Assembly (NCBI GenBank): GCA_963699755.1
Contig: CAVOVB010000003.1
Span: forward strand, 731,726 to 795,725
Direction of reading: 5' to 3'
Source: an uncultured delta proteobacterium
GTDB lineage: Bacteria > Myxococcota_A > Polyangia > Polyangiales > Houyiibacteriaceae
DNA length: 64,000 bases
Shown: piece by piece, positions 48,001-57,840 of the stretch
Numbering within the stretch: the first letter of the stretch is position 1
How the letters are laid out: every line of letters begins with the position of its first letter
Notes under the pieces: model-generated
The model's database searches: none
What the model saw: the letters and a program-made list of their open reading frames with translations, nothing else
What the model was told of the DNA's origin: nothing
Program-made: the position numbers and the translations under genes

Positions 48001-48342
48001 TTACTGTCTGCGACAGGCCCCGAACGCCCGCGGATCGTCATTTTGCGAGCTTCCGTTGGTCTCCCCGTGCTCGGTCATGCCCGGCCCGACACTCAGCATG
48101 ACTGGCGGTTGCGGATCGACGTCGGTCCACAGGGAGCACTGGAGCCAGTAGTCGCAGTCGTTTTCGACATAGACGGTGTGACGATAGGAGGAACCCATCC
48201 TCTCGGCCTCGGCCCAGATGCGGTAGCAGCTTCGGGCTTCCAGTTCCGTAGGCACGAGCTGCAGGCCGAGGGCCAGGAGGAGCGCCACTGCAAGCGCTGC
48301 AGTGGAGAGTGCTTTGATCATCGGGTTCATTTCGAGACGCAT
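48001..48342 (-). CDS. Small secreted Cys-containing protein
   Basis: Signal peptide; four Cys in the mature part. Confidence 0.6.
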   Translation of the reverse strand: MRLEMNPMIKALSTAALAVALLLALGLQLVPTELEARSCYRIWAEAERMGSSYRHTVYVENDCDYWLQCSLWTDVDPQPPVMLSVGPGMTEHGETNGSSQNDDPRAFGACRRQ

Positions 48343-48384
48343 TGTGGGTTAGCGCCAGTCTTCGCGCCAGTGAGCGCGTCGCCT

Positions 48385-49161
48385 CTAGCGGTCACTTTTC
48401 GGCACTTCGCGGTTCAGCACGCCCAGGACCGCCTGCAAGTCCTCCCAAACCGGTTTCTTGAACTGAGGGCTCCGAAGAAGGAAGGCCGGGTGATAGGTGG
48501 GCATGACGGGTATGCCTCGCCACTCTCCCCAGATGCCTCGCCAGCGGCCCGCAGGCGGAACGCATTGCAGGTTCTCCGCTGCGCAGCGGCCGAGCGCCAC
48601 GATCACTTTCGGCTGCACGAGCTCGAGTTGAGGGACCAGGAACTGGGCGCATGCAGCAGCTTCGCTGGGGAGCGGTGTGCGGTTTTCAGGCGGCCGGCAC
48701 TTCACCACGTTGCAGATGTAGACGCCGTCGCGCGGGTACCCCATGGCGCTGATCATCCGGTCCAGCAGCTGGCCGGCTCGCCCGACGAACGGTAGGCCTT
48801 CCTGGTCCTCGTGATAGCCCGGGGCCTCCCCGACGAAGACCAGATCGGTATCCGGCGTCCCTCGTGCGAAGACGCTCTTGGTTCGTCCTTTGCTCAGCTC
48901 GCAACGCGAGCAATTGGCCGCTTCGTCGGCGAGGACCTGGAGACGCGCCTGGCAGTCTTGAATGGCGTCCGAAACCCTGGGGTCGCCTCCCGGCCCCTTC
49001 GATGCAACGGCCAGCTCCGACCTTGGGATTCCGTCGCCACCGAGGCTTTTCTCCCAACGGAGAAGCTCCTGCGCGCCAGCGATGACCGAGGCGAGCTCGT
49101 TTTCATGTTCGCTTGGCACCTCGGGTCGAGTATAGGCCGGTTTCGTTGACTTGGCCGTCAC
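48385..49161 (-). CDS. Uracil-DNA glycosylase family 4
   Basis: CSRCEL, GEAPG, PFVGRAG, VVKCRPPENR and YHPAFLLR motifs. Confidence 0.93.
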   Translation of the reverse strand: MTAKSTKPAYTRPEVPSEHENELASVIAGAQELLRWEKSLGGDGIPRSELAVASKGPGGDPRVSDAIQDCQARLQVLADEAANCSRCELSKGRTKSVFARGTPDTDLVFVGEAPGYHEDQEGLPFVGRAGQLLDRMISAMGYPRDGVYICNVVKCRPPENRTPLPSEAAACAQFLVPQLELVQPKVIVALGRCAAENLQCVPPAGRWRGIWGEWRGIPVMPTYHPAFLLRSPQFKKPVWEDLQAVLGVLNREVPKSDR

Positions 49162-49203
49162 CGGGTCGCTAATCTCATAATCCAGGGGGATTCGAAGGGG
49201 AAG

Positions 49204-49980
49204 ATGTCACGGGCTCGGGTCTTAGCCATTGGGGACACCCATGTGGGGATGAAGCGCACCCACAACGAGGACAGCTTCATGCTGGCAGAGGAGGATAACC
49301 TCTATGTCGTGGCCGACGGCATGGGCGGGCACGCTTCGGGTGAAGTGGCGAGCGGCATGGCCATCGATACCCTCCGCGAGTTCTTCCGCGCCACCAGCGC
49401 CGACGCCGAGGCCACCTGGCCGTACAAGATGGACAAGGCACGCGGCTATGAAGAGAACCGCCTGATCACCGGAATCAAGCTCGCCAATCTTCGCATTCAC
49501 GAGGCGGCACAGAAGAATCCGCGGATGCACAGCATGGGCACGACCGTATGCAGCATCCTCGTCGTGGAGGACGGCGTACTGATCGGACACGTTGGGGATA
49601 GTCGCGTGTACCGAATCCGCGACGGCAAGATGGAGCAGCTCACGAGCGACCACTCGCTGCTGAACGACTACATCAAGATGAAGCGACTCTCCGAAGAAGA
49701 GATCGAAAACTTCCCGCTGAAGAACGTGATCGTTCGAGCGCTCGGCATGAAGTCCACCGTCAAGGTCGACACGGTGCTCGATCGCCCGGAGATCGGCGAC
49801 ATCTACGTCCTTTGCAGCGACGGCTTGTGCGGCCCAGTCACCGACGCCGAGATTCAGCGCATCGTAGGGTCGCACCAAGATCTGCAAACCGCAGCGAACA
49901 AGCTCATCGAGAGCGCCAACGAAGCTGGCGGCCCGGACAACATCACCGTGGTGCTGGCCAAGGTGATGGGGCTCAGCTGA
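49204..49980 (+). CDS. PP2C-type Ser/Thr phosphatase
   Basis: NEDS, VADGMGGH, MGTT, HVGDSRVY, LCSDGL and DNIT motifs. Confidence 0.95.
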   Translation: MSRARVLAIGDTHVGMKRTHNEDSFMLAEEDNLYVVADGMGGHASGEVASGMAIDTLREFFRATSADAEATWPYKMDKARGYEENRLITGIKLANLRIHEAAQKNPRMHSMGTTVCSILVVEDGVLIGHVGDSRVYRIRDGKMEQLTSDHSLLNDYIKMKRLSEEEIENFPLKNVIVRALGMKSTVKVDTVLDRPEIGDIYVLCSDGLCGPVTDAEIQRIVGSHQDLQTAANKLIESANEAGGPDNITVVLAKVMGLS

Positions 49981-50025
49981 ATCGTCCGATCAACAGGTCC
50001 AACGCGACCATTCCGCACGAGCGCC

Positions 50026-50883
50026 TCAAGCCGCCCGTGCTGGAGGGTCCGGTTTCGCGTGTGGGTCCGCCGGACTCGCGTGATCGGGATCGGGCACCGG
50101 AGCCTCGGTGACCACGCTCAAGCGCGGAATCCTCCCGGAATCGCGCCAGGTTCGCCACGCGATTCCCAGGATTTGAGGATCGCGCACGAGATAGCGGTAG
50201 GCCAAGGCGCGCGGTTGGCGTATGAGCCGATAGAGCCACTCGAGCCCGTTGCGGGACATCCATGGAGGAGCTCGCTTCACGTTTCCAGCGATGAAATCGA
50301 GCGCCGCACCGCTGCCGATCGCGATTGCGGGCGCAAGCGCGGTTTTCCATCGATGCATGAGCAGCTCTTGCTTGGGACAGCCGAGCGCCACCACGACGAT
50401 GTCCGCCCGAGCCTCGGCTATGCTCTGCAGAATGCGCTCACAGTGCTGAGGGTCCTGCTCGAATCCAAAGGCCGGAGATTCGATGCCGACGATACGGAGG
50501 TCGGGGTGCTTGCTGCACAATACCTTCGCCGCGTCTGCACCGACGCCCTCCTGAGCGCCGAGGAGGAATACGCGCCATCTTTCGCTTGCCGCCCTCTCGA
50601 TGAGCAACGGAACGAAGTCGCTTCCCGAGATCTTTTCTGGAAACGGGTCGTTGATGATCCTCGAGAGCCAGACCAGTGGCTGCCCGTCGACCAGCGATAG
50701 GTCAGCCATTTGGTACGCAGCGACCAGCGCATCGGAATGCTCCGCCTGGACCACATGATCCACATTGGGCGTCACGATGTACCCGCCATTGCCTTCCGCG
50801 ATCAAACGTTTGACCTGCTCCAGCGCTTCGGCAGAAGTGACGGAATGGGCGTATACGCGGCCCAGAGGAACTCGCTTCATCAT
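50026..50883 (-). CDS. WecB/TagA/CpsF glycosyltransferase
   Basis: TPNVDH, SGSDF, LGCPKQE, KRAP and LEWLYRL motifs. Confidence 0.92.
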   Translation of the reverse strand: MMKRVPLGRVYAHSVTSAEALEQVKRLIAEGNGGYIVTPNVDHVVQAEHSDALVAAYQMADLSLVDGQPLVWLSRIINDPFPEKISGSDFVPLLIERAASERWRVFLLGAQEGVGADAAKVLCSKHPDLRIVGIESPAFGFEQDPQHCERILQSIAEARADIVVVALGCPKQELLMHRWKTALAPAIAIGSGAALDFIAGNVKRAPPWMSRNGLEWLYRLIRQPRALAYRYLVRDPQILGIAWRTWRDSGRIPRLSVVTEAPVPDPDHASPADPHAKPDPPARAA

Positions 50884-51096
50884 GTGAACACCCGAAGTCT
50901 AGCCAGTTCTCGAGATGCTAATTCAAATCCACAAAAAGCGGACAAGACTCTCGTAAATTTGTGTAAGCGCCTGTAATCGCTATTGTATTGAAGCTCACTT
51001 CTGGGCCGCTCTGCCTGGACGAACTTCGGGGGCTCGAGGTCGGCGGCACTCGTCGATGGGTTCGGGCCGAACCTGTTCGGTGTCGGTGACCTCAGC

Positions 51097-52017
51097 TCAG
51101 CCTAGCTCGATTCGGTGTCGCGGCGTGAGGATCGCGTTCGTGGCCGAATCGTTGACCTGAGTGGCGGGCCAAACCACGCATCGGTCGAGGCTCACCCCTT
51201 CCGCGATCTCGACGTCAGCGCCAATCACGCTGCGACGAATCCGTGCGGAGGCGTTGAACGCGCCTGCTAGGATGCATCCGTTTCGCGGCGCGATCCCGGG
51301 CCAGGCAAACGAACCTGCGGCGAGCTGGAGATTCAGCCGATGGTACTCCGATACGGTTCCGAGATCGGCCCACGGCGACTCGTCGACGACCCCGAGCACT
51401 GGCGTCCCGGTATCGACCCAGTGCCGGTAGGCACTCCGGATGACGCAACCGGATTCCGGCATCGCTGAAAAGGCTTCCGGCGCGAGGATGTGAACACCGG
51501 TGAACATCAGCGTTCCCCGGACGCGCTCGTCCTCCGGGACCGCAAGCAGGCTTCGTACCCAGCCCTCCCGATCGATTCCGATCGCCCCGAAGCGCTCGGG
51601 CTCTTCACAACGACGCAGTATCATCGTGGCTACTGCGCCGCGGGCAAGGTGCTCAGCGCAGGCCTTGCGCAGGTCGGGCGAGAAGAGCGTGTCTGCATTC
51701 ATGACAATCACGGAGCTTTGTGGGTCATCGAACAAATCGCGCGCTTTTCGGAGACCGCCGCCCGTCCCGAGAAGGGTCGTTTCGCGGGAAAACCGGAGCT
51801 CTACCCCTTCGGGACGAGCTGTTTTCAAGGTTCGCTCAACCAGCTCGGGGGCTTGGTGAGTGTTGGCGACTATCTTCCGCACCCCGCTTCGAGCCAAGTG
51901 TTCCATGGCAAACGCGGCAAGGGGCCGATTCGCGACTGGGACGATCGGCTTAGGGAGGAGGTCGGTGAGCGGCCGCAGGCGCGTCCCGAGTCCGGCTGCT
52001 AAGAGCATGGCTTGCAC
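51097..52017 (-). CDS. Sugar-phosphate nucleotidyltransferase
   Basis: LAAGLGTRLRPLT..PKP, LGTGGG and WADLGT motifs. Confidence 0.88.
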   Translation of the reverse strand: MQAMLLAAGLGTRLRPLTDLLPKPIVPVANRPLAAFAMEHLARSGVRKIVANTHQAPELVERTLKTARPEGVELRFSRETTLLGTGGGLRKARDLFDDPQSSVIVMNADTLFSPDLRKACAEHLARGAVATMILRRCEEPERFGAIGIDREGWVRSLLAVPEDERVRGTLMFTGVHILAPEAFSAMPESGCVIRSAYRHWVDTGTPVLGVVDESPWADLGTVSEYHRLNLQLAAGSFAWPGIAPRNGCILAGAFNASARIRRSVIGADVEIAEGVSLDRCVVWPATQVNDSATNAILTPRHRIELG

Positions 52018-52100
52018 GGGGATATGGTATTCCCGACTCTGCAATCGGACCAAGCAACTTGGGACGACAGGGACCTCGTTGTGATCTGCAAGAGGGGGAG

Positions 52101-53081
52101 ATGAAGAAGATCCTGCTGACCGGCGCCGCCGGGTTCATTGGGAGCAATACCGCGACTGCGTTGCTGCGCCGTGGGGATACCGTCGTAGGGGTCGACAACC
52201 TCAACGACTACTACGACCCGGCTCGCAAGCTGGCGAACTTAGAGGAAGTTCGGTCCACGGCACCGGAGCCGGACAAGTTCATTTTTCATCACACCGACAT
52301 CCGTGATCAGGCAGCGATCGACACCCTGTGCGAGGAGCACGAATTCGACGTGATCGTCCACCTCGCTGCGATGGCAGGCGTCCGCGCTTCGATCGAAGAC
52401 CCTAAGCTCTATTTCGACGTGAATCTCGGAGGCACGCTCAACCTGCTGGAGGCGGCGCGGCGGCATGGGCAGCCCTCGTTCGTGTTCGCCTCGACCTCGT
52501 CGGTCTACGGCCGCACGAAGGTCATCCCCTTCATCGAAAGCGACGGCGCCGACCGACCGCTGGCGCCCTACGCGGCGAGCAAGCGGGCTGCTGAGCTCCT
52601 TGGCTATTCTTATTTTCATCTGTTCGGGCAGAACTTCACCGCGCTTCGGTTCTTCACCGTCTACGGTCGCCGCGGCCGTCCCGACATGATGGCTTACAAG
52701 GTGCTGGACAATATTTTCGAAGGTGTCGAAGTCCCCCTGTACAATAACGGCCAGATGCACCGCGATTGGACCTACGTCGACGACATCGTTCGAGGCGTCC
52801 TCGCAGCGGCGGATCGGCCGCTCGGCTACGAGGTGATCAACCTCGGTCGAGGGAAGCCAACGCTTCTCGCCGATTTCGTACGGCTCATCGAGGAACAGGC
52901 GGGCAAGCGCTCGACTCTGATCGACAAGCCAATGCCCGCGGCGGACATCGAATATACCTACGCCAGCATCGACCGCGCGAAGGAGCTCCTCGACTACGAG
53001 CCCACGGTGACCGTCGAGCAGGGCGTGAAGCGGTTCTGGCATTGGTACCGGGACGCCGTCTTGGGAGCTCGGGCACCATGA
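52101..53081 (+). CDS. NAD-dependent epimerase (UDP-glucuronate 4-epimerase-like)
   Basis: TGAAGFIG, HLAAMAGVR, YAASK and RFFTVYG..GRPDM motifs. Confidence 0.9.
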   Translation: MKKILLTGAAGFIGSNTATALLRRGDTVVGVDNLNDYYDPARKLANLEEVRSTAPEPDKFIFHHTDIRDQAAIDTLCEEHEFDVIVHLAAMAGVRASIEDPKLYFDVNLGGTLNLLEAARRHGQPSFVFASTSSVYGRTKVIPFIESDGADRPLAPYAASKRAAELLGYSYFHLFGQNFTALRFFTVYGRRGRPDMMAYKVLDNIFEGVEVPLYNNGQMHRDWTYVDDIVRGVLAAADRPLGYEVINLGRGKPTLLADFVRLIEEQAGKRSTLIDKPMPAADIEYTYASIDRAKELLDYEPTVTVEQGVKRFWHWYRDAVLGARAP

Positions 53082-55012
53082 GCCGGCTTCGGACACGCAG
53101 TTCGCAGTTCTTGATCGACGTTGCTGTCTTAATGCTCGCATTCTTGCTTGCGATGCTCGTCCGCTTCGATTGGAGCGTCCCGAGCAGGATGTTCCGGCAG
53201 CTGATGATCGTGATGCCTTACGTGGTGCTGTTGCAGTACTCGTTCCTCTCCGGTTTCGGGATCACTCGGTTTTCCTGGCGCTACATAAGCCTGCGTGACT
53301 CTGTACGAATCTTCGCTGCGATCGCCTCCGCCTCCGCCTCCCTTGTGGCCCTTCGGCTCGCGAGCCCAATTCTGGCCGACCGCTTACCGCTTGCGCGCTA
53401 CGGCGTGGTACCGCTCGGGGTCTTGCTCGGCGACTTCGTCTTGGCGTTCATTGGGCTCACCGGCGTGAGAGCTCTTCGACGCATGCTCGGCGAGCGCACC
53501 GCCTCCAAACAACACCAGCGCTCGGAAAAACCTCAAGTGCCGACCTTGCTCGTTGGCGCCGGTCAGGGAGGAGTCCTTATCGCGCAGGAGATTTCGCGCC
53601 GCCCCGATCTTGGCATACTTCCGGTCGGGTTCGTCGATGACGATCCGGTCAAGCAAGGCGCAGTCATTCATGGGATCAAGGTTCAGGGGACCAGCAAGGA
53701 CCTCTTGCGGGTCGCCGAACGGCACGGCGCGACGCAAGCGCTCATCACGATTTCGAGCGCGTCCGGGTCTGCGATCCGACAAATCACCGAGCGCTGCAAG
53801 GAGGCGGGCCTCGATGTGAAGATTGTGCCGGGCGCCTACGAAATCGTGGGTGGGCGCGTGAACCTCTCCCGCATCCGGGAAGTGGCCATTGAGGACCTTC
53901 TGCGCCGCGAGCCGGTGAAGCTTCAGTCCGAAATGGTCAGCGAGATCGTTCGAAGGCAGCCGGTACTGGTCACCGGAGCCGGTGGCAGCATCGGTTCGGA
54001 GCTCTGCCGTCAGCTAGCCGCCTGCCGCCCTTCCAGCCTCGTGCTCGTCGAGCAGTCGGAGAACGCCCTGTTCGAAATCCACTCCGAGCTTTGCACGCGC
54101 TTTCCGGCGCTGGAGATCGTCCCTTGCGTCGCCGATATCACCGACATGCCGCGTGTGACGCAGGTCTTCCGAGAGTACCGGCCGATGATCGTATTCCACG
54201 CTGCGGCCCACAAGCACGTGCCGATGATGGAATGGAATCCAATCGAAGCCGTGAAGAACAACGCGATTGGTACCCAGATTGTCGCCGACCTCGCCGACAA
54301 ACTGGCGGTCGAGCGCTTCGTCATGATCTCGACCGACAAGGCAGTAAACCCGACCTCGGTGATGGGCGCGACCAAGCGGGCAGCGGAGCTCTACATACAA
54401 GCGCTCTCGACGAACAGCGCGACCCACTTCGCGACGGTGCGCTTCGGTAACGTGCTCGGTTCGGCGGGGAGCGTGATACCAATCTTCCGACGCCAGATTC
54501 AAGATGGTGGTCCGGTGACGGTGACGCATCCCGAGATGACGCGCTACTTCATGACCATTCCGGAAGCCGTGCAGCTGGTCACGCAGGCGGCCGCGCTGAG
54601 CCAAGGAGGCGAAACGTTCATCCTGGACATGGGGCAGCCGGTTCGCATCATCGACCTCGCTTATGATTTGATCAGGCTGAGCGGTCTCGAACCGGAGAAG
54701 GACATCGAGGTTCGCTTCACGGGCATCCGACCTGGCGAAAAGCTGTTCGAGGAGCTGTCGAACACGAGCGAGGGCATCGAACGAACGATACACCCGAAGA
54801 TTTTCATTGGAACCTACGATTCGCCGCACCTGCCGTCGCTTCGAGCTCAGTTCGACACGCTCAGCGGGCTTTGCAGGACTGCCAATCCAGCCTTGATTCG
54901 CCAAGCCCTCGCGCAGCTCGTGCCCGAGTACGGAGACGAAAGTCTCGAAAGCGAGCCCCCCGCCCGGGCCAGCGAATCGTTCAGAGATTCCAAGCGCGTG
55001 GAGAGAGCGTGA
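53078..55012 (+). CDS. Membrane-bound UDP-GlcNAc 4,6-dehydratase (CapD/PglF family)
   Basis: N-terminal TM helices; TGAGGSIGSE, HAAAHKHVP, STDKAVNP and GIRPGEKL motifs. Confidence 0.93.
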   Translation: MSRLRTRSSQFLIDVAVLMLAFLLAMLVRFDWSVPSRMFRQLMIVMPYVVLLQYSFLSGFGITRFSWRYISLRDSVRIFAAIASASASLVALRLASPILADRLPLARYGVVPLGVLLGDFVLAFIGLTGVRALRRMLGERTASKQHQRSEKPQVPTLLVGAGQGGVLIAQEISRRPDLGILPVGFVDDDPVKQGAVIHGIKVQGTSKDLLRVAERHGATQALITISSASGSAIRQITERCKEAGLDVKIVPGAYEIVGGRVNLSRIREVAIEDLLRREPVKLQSEMVSEIVRRQPVLVTGAGGSIGSELCRQLAACRPSSLVLVEQSENALFEIHSELCTRFPALEIVPCVADITDMPRVTQVFREYRPMIVFHAAAHKHVPMMEWNPIEAVKNNAIGTQIVADLADKLAVERFVMISTDKAVNPTSVMGATKRAAELYIQALSTNSATHFATVRFGNVLGSAGSVIPIFRRQIQDGGPVTVTHPEMTRYFMTIPEAVQLVTQAAALSQGGETFILDMGQPVRIIDLAYDLIRLSGLEPEKDIEVRFTGIRPGEKLFEELSNTSEGIERTIHPKIFIGTYDSPHLPSLRAQFDTLSGLCRTANPALIRQALAQLVPEYGDESLESEPPARASESFRDSKRVERA

Positions 55013-55953
55013 AAATTCTAGTGACTGGCGGCGCCGGCTTCATCGGAAGTCATGTGGCAGAAGCAGCCCTCGAAGCAGGTCATGAGGTGCTCGTGGTCGA
55101 TGACCTGAGCTCCGGTCGGAGGGACAACCTTCCGCCGCGCGCCGACTTCAGGCAGATCGACATTCGAAATCGCGATGCCTTTCGCAAGGCTGCGCTTCAG
55201 TTCGTACCTGACGCAATCAGTCACCACGCCGCGCAGGCGAGTGTAGCGATCAGCGTGAGAGAGCCTGTCTTGGATGCCGATGTGAACATTCTGGGGTCGC
55301 TGAACGTTGCCGAGGTCGCGCTCGAGTCCGAGAGCCGACTGGTTTTCTCGAGCACCGGCGGGGCGCTCTACGGGGAGGTTCCCGAGGGGCAAGTTGCGGC
55401 AGAGGGCTGGCCCGCAGTGCCATTGAGCCCCTACGCCTGCAGCAAGGCGAGCTTCGAGCTCTACCTCCAGGCCTACGGGCGGGCATCGGGATTGCCATAC
55501 ACCATCCTTCGGTACGGGAATGTGTACGGGCCCCGGCAAGACCCTCATGGGGAGGCGGGTGTCGTCGCGATTTTCTTGCGAAGACTGCTTCAGAAAGAGC
55601 CGATTCAGATCAACGCACGCAAGAAAGAAGGAGACGATGGCTGTGTTCGCGACTACGTGTACGTCCGAGATTCGGTTCGGGCGAACCTCGCGGCATTCGA
55701 TGGCGCGCTCGACCGCCGCACCATCAACATAGCCACTGGAGTGGGGACTTCGACGCGCACGCTTGCCGAACGCCTGGTGGGCTTCGTCGGCGAGCCTGCT
55801 GTCGTCAACGATGGCGCATTTCGTCCGGGCGACTTGGAGCGATCGGTGCTCGATCCGTCGGTCATGATCTCGGTGCTCGGAGAACCGACCCCTCTGGAAA
55901 GCGGTCTGTCGGACACGGCGGAGTGGTTCCGCGAGGAGCTTCAATCGCGATGA
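55009..55953 (+). CDS. UDP-glucose 4-epimerase-like SDR
   Basis: TGGAGFIGS, STGGALYG, YACSK and NVYGPRQDPHGEAGVV motifs. Confidence 0.9.
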   Translation: MKILVTGGAGFIGSHVAEAALEAGHEVLVVDDLSSGRRDNLPPRADFRQIDIRNRDAFRKAALQFVPDAISHHAAQASVAISVREPVLDADVNILGSLNVAEVALESESRLVFSSTGGALYGEVPEGQVAAEGWPAVPLSPYACSKASFELYLQAYGRASGLPYTILRYGNVYGPRQDPHGEAGVVAIFLRRLLQKEPIQINARKKEGDDGCVRDYVYVRDSVRANLAAFDGALDRRTINIATGVGTSTRTLAERLVGFVGEPAVVNDGAFRPGDLERSVLDPSVMISVLGEPTPLESGLSDTAEWFREELQSR

Positions 55954-57227
55954 CTGAACGGATTGCGGTCATCGGTCTGGGCTATGTCGGGCTCCCCGTA
56001 GCCCTGGCGTTTGCCCGGAAGTTCGAGGACACGGTCGGGTTCGACCTGTCCGAGGCCAGGGTGAGCGCGCTCGCCCGGAGTGAGGACTGGACTGGCGAGG
56101 TGACCGAAGCCGAGTTACGCGAAAGCAGCCTGAAGCTCACCAGTGACCCGGCGGAGCTCCGCGGTTGTACTTTCTTCATCGTCGCCGTTCCGACGCCCAT
56201 CGACTCGGACCGCCGCCCGGATCTCGGGCCGCTTCGCTCTGCAACTCGAATCGTAGGAAGCGCGATCGCACCAGGAGCCATCGTCGTATACGAGTCGACC
56301 GTCTATCCGGGGGTGACTGAGGAGCAATGCGGCCCGCTCCTCGCCGAAGCTTCCGGCTTGCAGCAATCGCGAGATTTCAAGCTTGGCTATTCGCCGGAGC
56401 GCATCAACCCGGGCGATAAGCTTCACACATTCGAGAAGATCATCAAAGTGGTTTCGGGTGAGGACACGGAGAGCTTGGAGCGAGTCGCGCGCGTGTACGA
56501 AGCTGTCGTAGACGCGGGCGTTCATCGCGCCTCTTCGATCAAAGTCGCCGAGGCCGCCAAGGTGATCGAAAACACCCAGCGTGACGTCAATATTGCGCTG
56601 ATGAACGAGCTGGCGTTGATTTTCGATCGTCTGGACATCCCGACCCGGGACGTCCTCGAAGCTGCCGGCACCAAGTGGAACTTCTTGCGCTTCACGCCGG
56701 GTCTTGTCGGAGGGCATTGCATCGGCGTCGACCCTTACTATCTGACCGCCAAAGCAGAGGCCCTTGGCTATCATCCCGAGGTCATTCTGGCCGGCCGTCG
56801 TATCAACGACGACATGGGCAAGTACGTGGCTCAGCGAACCGTCAAGTTGCTTCGCAAGCAAGACCACCCGATCAAGGGCGCGCGCATTGGCGTGCTAGGG
56901 CTGACCTTCAAAGAGGATGTGCCGGACTTAAGGAACAGCCGGGTGCCGGACATCCTCGAGGAGCTCCGTGAGTACGGGATCGAACCCGTCGTCCACGATC
57001 CGATGGCATCCGCCGAAGAAGCGCTCCGAGAGTATGGCGTTGAGCTTCGGCCCTTCGATGCGCTCCGCGATCTCGATGGATTGATTCTCGCGGTGCCCCA
57101 TCGGCAGTACCTGGACGAGCTCGACCGAATCGTCGCGAGCGTGCGAAGCGGTGGGGTGTTCGTCGACGTGAAGTCATTGCTTAACGCGGACCAGCGCCCA
57201 AGCCACCTGCTCTACTGGAGCCTCTGA
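55950..57227 (+). CDS. UDP-N-acetylhexosamine dehydrogenase (WbpO/TviB-like)
   Basis: GLGYVG, ESTVYPG, SPERINPGD and GGHCIGVDPYY motifs. Confidence 0.92.
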   Translation: MTERIAVIGLGYVGLPVALAFARKFEDTVGFDLSEARVSALARSEDWTGEVTEAELRESSLKLTSDPAELRGCTFFIVAVPTPIDSDRRPDLGPLRSATRIVGSAIAPGAIVVYESTVYPGVTEEQCGPLLAEASGLQQSRDFKLGYSPERINPGDKLHTFEKIIKVVSGEDTESLERVARVYEAVVDAGVHRASSIKVAEAAKVIENTQRDVNIALMNELALIFDRLDIPTRDVLEAAGTKWNFLRFTPGLVGGHCIGVDPYYLTAKAEALGYHPEVILAGRRINDDMGKYVAQRTVKLLRKQDHPIKGARIGVLGLTFKEDVPDLRNSRVPDILEELREYGIEPVVHDPMASAEEALREYGVELRPFDALRDLDGLILAVPHRQYLDELDRIVASVRSGGVFVDVKSLLNADQRPSHLLYWSL

Positions 57228-57231
57228 GCCG

Positions 57232-57840
57232 CTAGAATACGCGCTCGGGGACGAAGATGATGTCCCCGGCCGCAACTTCGATGTCCGCTGCCTGACCCTT
57301 GGTCACCCGGTCCACCGGCACACGATAGCGAATGATCTCTTCGCCGACCCGCCGGGTCACGACCGTCCCGTCGCGGTCGGCCAGCGAGGAGAAGCCGCCG
57401 GCCATGCCGATCGCTTGCACGACCGTCATTCCGGGCACCAGCGCAAAAGCGCCTGGGTTCGACACGGCACCCATCACGCTCACGCGCTTCGATGCGTACT
57501 GTTCGACGTAGACCGAGACCTGCGGGTTCCGCAGAAAGTCTCGCTCGATGAGCCCGGTCTGGATTTTCTGCGCCACTTGGGTTGGCTCCAGGCCGCCGAC
57601 GGAAACCGTGCCCAGGAGTGGGAAATTGATCGTGCCATCCGGGGCCACTTGGTGGCTCCCCGTCATCGCCTCCTCGCCGTAGACACGCACCGAAAACACG
57701 TCACCTGGCCCGAGGGTGGTGTCGTCGGTTGCAGGTGGCGGAACCTCGGTGGCTTGCAGGCCGCGCTTGCTACAGGCCGAAGAACCGAGCGCCAAGGGTA
57801 GGAGAATCGCGACTAATAGAATACGCGAATGCCAAGCCAT
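57232..57840 (-). CDS. Short OPX/Wza-like polysaccharide export lipoprotein
   Basis: Lipobox; LGPGD...DGTINFPLLG Poly_export motif; one SLBB domain; ends VPERVF with no OM helix. Confidence 0.88.
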   Translation of the reverse strand: MAWHSRILLVAILLPLALGSSACSKRGLQATEVPPPATDDTTLGPGDVFSVRVYGEEAMTGSHQVAPDGTINFPLLGTVSVGGLEPTQVAQKIQTGLIERDFLRNPQVSVYVEQYASKRVSVMGAVSNPGAFALVPGMTVVQAIGMAGGFSSLADRDGTVVTRRVGEEIIRYRVPVDRVTKGQAADIEVAAGDIIFVPERVF

